Shown here: positions 24,896 to 34,746 of the stretch, one piece after another
How the letters are laid out: each line of letters opens with the position of its first letter
How positions within the stretch are numbered: the stretch's first letter is position 1
NCBI RefSeq assembly: GCF_006345805.1
Contig: NC_043026.1
Span: 4,836,001 to 4,900,000 of the forward strand
Length of the DNA: 64,000 nt
Direction: 5' to 3'
Source of the DNA: Octopus sinensis
Taxonomy: Eukaryota
Notes under the pieces: model-generated
What the model was told of the DNA's origin: nothing
Database searches by the model: none
What the model saw: only the letters and a program-made list of their open reading frames with translations
Made by a program: the position numbers and the translations under genes

Positions 24896-24931
24896 CAAAT
24901 TGTTTAATATTTAAACAATTCTTCTTGTTTG
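24896..24931 (-). CDS. Candidate duplicated exon (NKKNCLNIKQF), paralog of the 5' part of 24247-24357
   Basis: Same-phase acceptor tatatcttgaag|CA; peptide NCL.IKQF shared with synonymous changes (CTA/TTA, TTC/TTT); donor TTTG|gtgaca. Confidence 0.3.
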
Positions 24932-25364
24932 CTTCAAGATATAAAATAGAGATGAAATCACCAGAACAATTCCATTTATATACAAAGTTTAATATTAAAA
25001 TCAAAAATCAGTTAAAAATATTTCAATTAGTAGAGTCGTTAGAATTGTATTAGTACTGACACTTTGTGTTCTGGGTTCAAATTCTGGCATGGTCAACTTT
25101 GACTTTTATTATGCAAGGGTCAATAATTTAAATACTAGTTTGAGGTGGTAGAATTAAATACTGGACACGATGCCTTCCAGTAGGTAATGTGGTTCTTTAT
25201 GAACTGAGTTCAAATCCCATTGTGGCCACCCTATGTTGCAGACTAAATCTATCACCAAATTTCACACCAAAAGCTGGCCCCTGAGCTGCTTTTAGCAGAG
25301 GATTTCTCTTTTGTCTACAATCACATTAGGCCCCTTGTTTTGAGAATGTCTTTTTCCCACTCAC

Positions 25365-25378
25365 CACTGTCGAAGACC
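25365..25378 (-). CDS. Candidate 14-nt microexon
   Basis: ctttctttttctag|GGTCTTCGACAGTG|gtgagt: strong acceptor and donor. Confidence 0.35.
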
Positions 25379-25801
25379 CTAGAAAAAGAAAGGGTTATAT
25401 GCAGGGCCGTTCTTGACTAAGCTTTTAAAAAATTAAGTTTATGAAAAACAGCCAATTAATTTATCTGCCATGAAATTAATTTGCAAATTTTAAATTTCAC
25501 TTGAGACTTAGAAATCCACTTTAAACTACGTAAAATGATGTATCCTTAGATGAACATTTCCATCAAATAGTTTTGACATAGTTATAACACAACCATACTT
25601 TATATTCTGGAAATGAAAGGTTTTACTTGTGATGTGACACTGCAAAATGTTTAAACAATGTTTAGTCTATAAAATGGTGTGTGCAAATAAAACAATATCT
25701 ATATAACAGTATATTTATGTTTGAAATAAGTCTAATGAATGTTTAGCAGTGTAAATGTGGTGGTAAATTGTGTGTTAAATAAATAGGAGAATATTATTTA
25801 C

Positions 25802-25926
25802 CGGGGTTGGTTATTGGGTTTTGATACTGGCTTGAAGTCTTTCTGTCTCAGAAATATTCTGTGAGTCTGCTTCGCTCGAACAGCAATGAAGATATGGCAA
25901 CAGTTAAGAGGATACTTATAATATAT
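25802..25926 (-). CDS. Candidate exon or pseudo-exon with donor CCG|gtaaat
   Basis: Open as IYYKYPLNCCHIFIAVRAKQTHRIFLRQKDFKPVSKPNNQPR, but the frame conserved with 16793-16837 (ERLQASIKTQ*) contains TAA. Confidence 0.3.
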
Positions 25927-26057
25927 CTGGGAGTAGTAGGCATTGCCTCCTCATGTGTGTGTGTGTGTGTGTGTGTATACATCTTTATGTATGTATATAT
26001 AGATGGATATACACATACATACATGTCTGTGTGTATATACATTTCTATGTGTGTATA

Positions 26058-26385
26058 GGTGTGGGAGCGGCTGTGTAGTAAGTAGATTGCTTACCAACCA
26101 CATGGCTCTGGGTTCAGTCCCACTGTGTGGCACCTTGCACAAGTGACTTCTACTATAGCCTGGGGCCAACCAAAGCCTTGTAAGTAGATTTGGTAGATGG
26201 AAACTGTAAGAAGCCCATTCTCTATATATATGTATGTGTGTGTATATGTCCCCCATAGCTTCGCAGTTTAGCAAAAGAGACTGATAGAATAAGTACTAGG
26301 CTTACAAAGAAAAAATACTGGGTCGATTTGCTCAATTAAAGGCAGTGCTCCAGCATAGCCATAGTCTTGTTAGAAATAATAAAGA
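26058..26385 (+). mobile_element. tRNA-derived SINE, family A (internally deleted)
   Basis: ggctgtgtagtaag...ggttcagtcccactgtgtggcaccttgcacaagtg...aagtactaggcttacaaag...ctccagcat. Confidence 0.8.
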
Positions 26386-26939
26386 AATTTTCCTGAAATA
26401 ACATACAACCTTCTCATAAATACACACATATATATAGATATGCTTATTTTTATATACGTATGTATATATATATATATATGTGTGTATATATATACACATA
26501 CACACTCACATGTTTATATATACACATGTATGTATATATATATATATATATCTGTGTATATGTCTGTGTAACACAACTATGGTGTTATTGTTGTGAAACC
26601 GGCATTTCTTATGCTTGAAGAATTTTGGTATTGGTCTGGAATCCAACAGCCCAGAGCTCAGGTTGGGTTTCTCTGCAAATAATCTACCAGGAACTAACTT
26701 ATATGTATGTGTGCACATATGTATATGTATTCTCTTATTCCTTTACTTGTTTCAGTAATTTGAATGTGGTCATGCTGGAGCACCACCTTTAGTAGAAGAA
26801 ATCGATCCTAGGACTTACTCTTTGTAAGCTTAGTAGTTTTTCTATTGGTCTTTTTTGCTGAACTGCTAAGTTATAGGGGTGTAAACACAGCAACACTGGT
26901 TCTCAAACGATGGTGAGGGTGGACAGTCACAGATGCATA

Positions 26940-26976
<37 letters not shown>

Positions 26977-27074
26977 GAATGTGTATTTTTCCTTGTTAAC
27001 AATTAACACGGAAAAAATACATAAACAGGTACCAGGAAGTAAAAGAATTTGAACAACACCCAGGTTTAACTTCA

Positions 27075-27109
<35 letters not shown>

Positions 27110-27153
27110 ATATATACATATATACATATATATATATACATACACACACACAC

Positions 27154-27189
<36 letters not shown>

Positions 27190-27305
27190 CACACAAACAC
27201 ACACTCATATATTCAGGATGGACTTCTTTCTGTTTCTGTCTACGAAAGCCACTCACAAAGCTTTGGTTATAGTAGATGACACTTGCTTAAGGTGCCACCC
27301 AGTGG

Positions 27306-27512
27306 GACTGAACTTGGAACCATGTAGTTGGGAAGCAAGCCTCTTATCACAAAGACACTCCCGTTGTTATTTGGATTTGATTTTCACTTCCTCCCTCTTA
27401 AGATCTAAAAATCCATTTTGAAATAATTCCAGCTGTTTCCAACTGATAAAGCATTCATTTACATTTACTCAACAACTCAAGGGTTTTGTTTACACATTGG
27501 TCCCCAAAATGC
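27306..27512 (+). repeat. Inverted duplication arm 1 (arm 2 at 31415-31622)
   Basis: About 205 bp that include a SINE/unique-DNA junction, roughly 95% identical to the reverse complement of 31415-31622. Confidence 0.85.
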
Positions 27513-28218
27513 AAGTATTCACATCCCACCACCACCGCCACCACGAAAAAAGACACCCACTCTCATCATCATCATCATCTTATTCATGAGTTTCAACTGT
27601 CATTTATTAAAAATATAATGCTTTGTGTATTGTTTTTGTTTTCCTGTACACGACCTCATTCTTTCCTCTCTCTCTCTCCCTCTTTCTCTCTTTCTCTCTC
27701 TTTCTCTCTCTCTCGCTATTTCTATCTCTCTCTCTCTCTCTTCAAATAATCACTCTGAAATCATTTGATCCTTGTTCTTTTGATTTCGTTTCCCCTCCCT
27801 CCCTCTCAACATCTAACAATCTGCTTTTGTGTCACAATGGCTAAGCTGCCTTTAGACAAAAATAAATATAATTGAAACCTCTTTGCAAACTGATAACACA
27901 TTCATTTACAGATTCAGGGTCATCTCAAGGGTTTTGCTTTTAAAACCCTTAGAAACTGTGGTTTTTCTAATGAATATGCATTGTTCTGTATAAATTTCAC
28001 TTTCTTCAGTCTGGATGCAAATACTTACACCAACACCACCACAACCACCACCAACAACAACAACAGCATTATCACCTTCGTCATCATCAACATCACCATC
28101 ACAATCATTGTGTTATTTTGAATTTATTAAAAATAAATTTATTTATTCTGTTTTTATTTCCATTCACTGATTAAAAAGGTGAAGCAGCACCTTTGGGTGT
28201 TTTCCTTTTTCCTATCAG

Positions 28219-28263
28219 AATACAATCTTGGATGTTTTCATATATTCATAAGTTCAATTAGAG
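28219..28263 (+). CDS. Candidate 45-bp plus-strand exon (YNLGCFHIFISSIR)
   Basis: tttcctttttcctatcag|AA...GAG|gtgagt; one open frame, phase 1-1. Confidence 0.3.
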
Positions 28264-28346
28264 GTGAGTTTCGCCTTAGTTAAGGGATGGCACCATTCAA
28301 GGAGTTGCTGGTTAAATACCTAACATGTTTAGGGAAAATGATAGGA

Positions 28347-28523
28347 AAATGGGATCTACCAATACTATATTTGCATACACATGCATAAACTAAGAATATG
28401 CAAATGAAACTAATAAATTATAGTAACTAATGAGTTTATATACAATTATAAATATTTAGGGGTGAAAAAAGTATTCTTAGTTTATGCAAGTGAATGCAAA
28501 TATAGTATTGGTATATCCCATTT
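28347..28523. mobile_element. Small MITE with about 50-bp TIRs
   Basis: aaatgggatctaccaatactatatttgcat..catgcataaactaagaata mirrored by tattcttagtttatgcaagtgaatgcaaatatagtattggtatatcccattt. Confidence 0.75.
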
Positions 28524-29198
28524 ATGTTCATTAGAAATCAAATAAATGAGGAATTATGACACATCACGAATATTTATTTCCCCACCACTGTATGTATATA
28601 TTTGTTTGTCTGTGGTTGTCCACACCATTGCTTGACAACCGATGTTGGTGTGTTTACATCCCTGTAACTTTGTGGTTCAGCAACAGTGACTGACAGAATG
28701 AGTACAAGGCTTACAATGAATGAGTCCTGGGGTTGATATGCCTGACTGAAGGTGGTGCTCCAACATGGCCACTGTCATGTAACTAAAAGAATATCTATAC
28801 ACACACACACAGACACACACACACACATATATACATATGTAGTATTGACCTCTAGTGTAAAGGTCATGGCCATGCAGGGGCACCACAGTATCATCATATT
28901 CTCTATCTATCTATCTTTCTATCTAACCATCCATCTGTATAGATATATAAACACTCTTTTATTCTTTTACTTGTTTCAGCAATGGGACTGTGGTCATGCT
29001 GGAGCAATGCCTTAAAGGGCTTTAGCCAAACAAATCGACTCCAGGGCTTACTCTTTGAAAGCTTAGTACATATTCTGGCAGTCTTTTTTACCGAATGAAA
29101 TTACAGGGATGTAAACACACCACCATCGGTTGTCAAGTTATGATGAGGGTGGGAGGGAGGCAGACAGACAGACAGACAGACACACACACAAACATATA

Positions 29199-31068
29199 TC
29201 ATCATCATTATCGTTTAACGTCCGTTTTCCGCGCTAGCACGGGTTGGACGGTTCGACCAGGGTCTGGGAAGCCAGGGGTTGCACCAGGCTCCAGTCTGAT
29301 CTGGCAGTGTTTCTACAGCTGGATGCCCTTCCTAACGCCAACCACTCCGCAAGTGTAGTGGGTGCTTTTTACGTGCCACTGGCACAGGTGCCAGGGGAGT
29401 CTGGCATCGCCACGATCGGTTGGTGCTTTAACGTGCCACCGGCACGGAAGCCAGCCAAGGCGGTGCTGGCATCGGTCACGTTTGGATGTTGCTTTTTATG
29501 TGCCACCGGCACAGGTATCACAACTACTATTTCCATTGATATTTATTTCGATGTTCATGTTCATGTACTTAACTCAACAGGACTCCTCAAGCACAGCGGG
29601 ATGTTCTGGAATCCAAGGTACTTTGAATGGGCAGGGGCTATGCGGAACTGGTGCAGGAAGCAGCCCGGGTCTTTGCAGTCACAGCATATCTCCAGAGATC
29701 TCGGTCGTTCGCCATTGCCTCAGTGAGGCCCAATGCTCTGAGGTCATGCTTGACTACCTCATCTCATGTCTTCCTGGGTCTACCGCTCCCCCTGATTCCT
29801 TCAACTGTTTGGGAGCGGCACTTCTTCACACATCTCTCCTCATCCATCCGCAGTACATGACCATACTATCGCAAGCGTCGCTCTTGCCCACCACATCTGA
29901 TGATTCTTATGTCCAGCATTTCTCTCAGGGTGCTTACACTCTGTCGTGCGTGCACACTGACATTACACATCCAGCGGATCATGCTAGCTTCATTTCTTTC
30001 AAGTCTACGCATGTCCTCTGCAGTCACGGCCCATGTTTCACTACCGTGAAGCATGGCAGTTCGCACACATGCATCATACAATCTACCTTTCACTCTGAGG
30101 GAGAGACCTTTTCTTGCCAGTAGGGGTAGGAGCTTTCTAAACTTTGCCCAGGCTATTCGTATTCTAGTGGTGACACTCTCTGAGCATCCACCTCCACTAC
30201 TAACTTGGTCACCCAGGTAGCGGAAATTATCAACCACTTCTAGTTTCTCCCCCTGGAGTGTGATGGAATCTGTTTTCTGAGTGTCTGTGGTGTCTATTGT
30301 CCCTGTGCATCTGCCGCACATGAAAGCTATCTTATCAGTTAATTTCCCTTTGATGTTGCTGCACCTCTTATGCGTCCATAGCTTACACTGGGTGCATCTT
30401 ATGGAGTTTCTACCTACACCTTTCCTACAGCTCGAGCAGGGCCACCTGCCCGATGGGGGGGGGTGCTGAGTTCGCCTTTCTGCATACTATAACTTTGGTC
30501 TTTGCTACATTTACTCTAAGGCCCTTTGATTCTAACTCTTGCTTCCACACCAGAAATTTCTTTTCTAGTCTCGGTAGTGATTCTGCTATGAGGGCCAGGT
30601 CATCAGCATAGAGGAGCTCCCAGGGGCAACCTGTTTTGAATTCCTCTGTTATTGCCTAGAGGACTATGATGAATAAAAGGGGACTGAGGGCTGAGCCCTG
30701 GTGTACACCTACTTCTACCTGGAATTCTTCCCTATATTCGTTGCCAATCCTAACCTTGCTGACAGCCTCTCTGTATAGGGCCTGTACAGCCCTTATTAGC
30801 CATTCGTCAATCTCCAGTTTCTGCATCGACCACCAGATAAGGGATCGGGGGACCCTGTCAAAGGCTTTCTCCAAGTCCACAAAAGCTATGTAGAGGGGTT
30901 TATCTTTAGCTAGGTATTTCTCCTGCAGTTGTTGGACCAGGAATATAGCATCAGTAGTGCTTCTACCAGCACAAAACAGAACTGCATCTCATCTAAGCAG
31001 ATTCTCTCCCTAATGAGATGGGTTATGACCCTCTCTGTGACCTTCATCACCTGATCCAACAGTTGATG
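29199..31068 (-). mobile_element. RTE-clade LINE, 5'-truncated and frameshifted
   Basis: ORF fragments 30656..30880 (DLEKAFDRVPR, GVHQGSALSPLLF) and 29866..30321; 3' UTR with (cat)n tail at about 29200. Confidence 0.9.
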
Positions 31069-31278
31069 ATGAAAGTCACAGATATATATATATATATAAT
31101 ATATATATATGTCTGATGGGCTCACTTCAGTTTCCATCTTACAAGGCCCGAGATCAAAATAGAAGAGAATTGTCCTAGGTGCCATGCAGTAGGACTGAAC
31201 ACAGAACCCTGTGGTTGAAAAGCAAACTTCTTACCACACAGGAACACCTGTGCCTATACATTTGTGGAGCACACAAAC

Positions 31279-31330
<52 letters not shown>

Positions 31331-31414
31331 TAATACAATTGTTCGTTTGTTTCCCACCTGCCTTCGTCTTTTGTTTATTTTCATAAAGCTTCCCGTTATA
31401 TATATATATATATA

Positions 31415-31622
31415 TGCATTTTTGGGACCAATGTGTAAACAAAACACTTGAGTTGTTGAGTAAATGTAAATGAATGCTTTATCAGTTGGAAACAAGTGGA
31501 ATTATTTCAAAATGGATTTTTAGATCTTAAGAGGGAGGAAGTGAAAATCGAATCCAAATAACAACAGGAGAGTCTTTGTGATAAGAGGCTTGCTTCCCAA
31601 CTACATGGTTCCAGGTTCAGTC
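31415..31622 (-). repeat. Inverted duplication arm 2 (arm 1 at 27306-27512)
   Basis: Reverse complement matches 27306-27512. Confidence 0.85.
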
Positions 31623-31772
31623 TATATATATATTTATATATATATATACACATATAATGTGTTTATTATGGTAGTTTGACTTTAATAGTCCCTCGTAGTG
31701 TGAAGCATTTATGTATGGTAATGCCCTGATATATAAACATATATATATGTTGTATAGTTAGAATGATGGATG

Positions 31773-31836
<64 letters not shown>

Positions 31837-31937
31837 ATACCGGAGTAAACACATAAATGTGAAACAAGGTGGAAAAAAGAGTACTCAAATACCAGTGGTA
31901 GAGTAATATGCTTTATTTTAAGCAGCAGAAGTTCAAC

Positions 31938-31986
31938 AAATCTGTTACTCTGAGCTTCTCGTTGCCGTTCATCAAACAGTTTTTGC
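31938..31986 (-). ncRNA. Degenerate minimal hammerhead ribozyme motif in the inverted pLTR
   Basis: ctgt TTGATGA acggcaacga GAAG c tcaga GTA acag; C3 and A14 of the core deviate. Confidence 0.35.
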
Positions 31987-33094
31987 TAGAATGGAACCGA
32001 TATATCAATTCAATCTAGACTCTTGCAAACGCTACACCTTTAAAAAAATGGACTTGTTTGATTGGCCCTTTAGAAAAAACGGTCAATCTTCGAGCGATAG
32101 ACAAAAAAAGCTCAAAAATATATCTATATATATATATAAAAAAATTATAAAAATTATAAAATTCTAGGAAAAAACCTTACATTGAATAAAATACATATTG
32201 ACATTAATGAAGAAAGTATAATTAATGCATAGAAATTAAAACCTATTATAAATATTACACTGCAATACATATTTATATTAAAGTGTACATATATATATCA
32301 ACATACACAGAAGGATGCTTGCAAACGCCATACATATACAGACGCATAAATATAAATCTAAAATATACGCATAAATGCATGCGGACATATATGCACGCAA
32401 TCCATCTCGCACGCAAGTTAAAATCATCGATGTAGCGATTCTCATATACTGAGTAAAGCTTAAGTAAGGGGGACGTAGAGTTGTATCAGTTATAGGAAAA
32501 AACGAAAGAAAGGAAGAAAGAGAAAAAGGAACGAAGAAGGGGGAAGGAATAAAGAAAAAGGAGGAGTGGGGAAAAAAACGAAATAAGAAAAAATTATGTA
32601 TACAAGCTGTGTAACGGCATTATTGACATATATGGAGACAAGTATACAAATACACAAGTTCGAATGGATACATACACATACAGTCGTGTATATGTATGCT
32701 TAAGCACAAACATACGTTCACTTACACATACACAGATACGCATGCTTACAAATACATATCCATGGCTTAACACATACTTATATCAAAATTCTAATTTTTG
32801 ACAACATTGCTTTTTTTTAAAAAAATGAGTGCAAATAAAAAATATATACGAAAGACATATAAAATAAAATATAACACCCTATTTGGATCATCTATAAATA
32901 ATCAAGGTAATCCTATACAATACAATAACATGAAATAAACAAAGTCAAGGTTTTTCCTAATGTATATGTAGAAATATAAGACTTTGCTATACGGAATGAA
33001 ATCTGCATAGCGCGAAACAATCCATCGTAGCGTTACATACTAGTTCAAGAGTCAAAATCAAAATTTCAAAAATCAAAAATACAAAATATATACT

Positions 33095-33823
33095 CTATCC
33101 ATATGGTATATTTATATTCGACATTTTAAATTTAGTTGCGTGCCTACATATGTTCATTAGCTCACTTCTTTGATTCAAAGAATTATTGTCTTTGAATAAA
33201 ATGTACATTTTCTCTAATAGGCAAAGTTTGCATTTAAAATTATTTCTGTATGCTCCATGCCTGTATGGTGCCACTCTGTCCGAAATGCTCCATGTCACGT
33301 TGAAAGTGGGGGTTTCCTTTTCTTTTAGTTCCCAGACATATTTTGCTAGGCTGGTCCTCTTCCTATTCTCTGGGTATTTAAATGAATTTTTATGAGAATA
33401 AAATCGTGTTTTAAATGAATTTTCTGAAACCCCTGTGTATGTCTTGTATTCCGATGAGCCTTCTACTTGCACCTTGGCTCTATAAACTACTCCTTCCACT
33501 AGACATTTCCCTTCTAACGGACAGGAGCTTTCGTTTTTGAAATTGCATTTCTTAATGGGCTCGGCACCATGTCTAATCTCAATTAGTTTCCTATTATGCT
33601 GGCTAATGTAAGAGGCGAAATTTCTGCAACAAGAATAGCTAACCTTCAGGGTTCTTCTATTAAATATCCTATAGAATTTATGACCCTGCTTAAAATGCTT
33701 AGAGACTAATCTCAAAAATTCCTTACCTATATTAGTCTTTACGGCCAAACTGAAAGCCGGGTTGAACCACAAAACTTTCCTGGTCCTAGTTCTTCGTGCT
33801 GCATTATTACCAGCATTAAGCAC
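33095..33823 (-). pseudogene. Inverted partial copy of the Penelope-like ORF (linker + GIY-YIG endonuclease)
   Basis: 242 aa matching the C-terminus of ORF 35677..36879 with 7 amino acid differences. Confidence 0.9.
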
Positions 33824-34538
33824 ACATATACACGACTGTATGTGTATGTATCCATTCGAACTTGTGTATTTGTATACTTGTCTCCATATATGTCAATAAT
33901 GCCGTTACACAGCTTGTATATATAATTTTTTCTTATTTCGTTTTTTTCCCCACTCAACCTTTTTCTTTTTTCCTTCCCCCCTCTTCGTTCCTTTTTCTCT
34001 CTCTTCCTTTCTTTCGTTTTTTCTATAACTGATACAACTCTACGTCCCCCTTACTTAAGCTTTACTCAGTATATGAGAATCGCTACATCGATGATTTTAA
34101 CTTGCGTGCGAGATGGATTGCGTGCATATATGTCCGCATGCATTTATGTGTATATTTTAGATTTATATTTATGCGTCTGTATATGTATGGCGTTTGCAAG
34201 CATCCTTCTGTGTATGTTGATATATATATGTACACTTTAATATAAATACGTATTGCAGTGTAATATTTATAATAGGTTTTAATTTCTATGCATTAATTAT
34301 ACTTTCTTCATTAATGTCAATATGTATTTTATTCAATGTAAGGCTTTTTCCTAGAATTTTATAATTTTTATAACTGTTTATATATATATATACATATATT
34401 TTTGAGCTTTTTTTGTTTATCGCTCAAAGATTGACCGTTTTTTCTAAAGGGCCAATCAAACAAGTCCATTTTTTTTAAAGGTTTAGCGTTTGTAAGAGTC
34501 TAGATTGAATTGATATATCGGTTCCATTCTAGCAAAAA

Positions 34539-34575
34539 CTGTCTGATGAACGGCAACAGAAACTCAGAGTAACAG
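34539..34575 (+). ncRNA. Minimal type I hammerhead ribozyme motif in the 5' pLTR
   Basis: CTGT-CTGATGA-acggcaaca-GAAA-C-TCAGA-G-TA-ACAG: stem I CTGT/ACAG, palindromic stem III ACTC-A-GAGT, GUA cleavage triplet. Stem II is weak. Confidence 0.55.
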
Positions 34576-34746
34576 ATTTTGTTGAATTTTCTGCTGCTTA
34601 AAATAAAGCATATTACTCTACCACTGGTATTTGAGTACTCTTTTTTCCACCTTGTTTCACATTTATGTGTTTACTCCGGTGTAACCCGCTCCTTATAAAA
34701 GTTTGAGCGACTCTGCACAAGTAGGAAGAACAAACAGCTGAAAAAG

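Noticed and set aside
29244-30123. Plus-strand ORFs of 160 and 253 aa, and similar ones at 47841-48782 and 48998-49468
   Set aside because: Antisense to RTE coding sequence or read through GC-richer RTE 3' UTRs.
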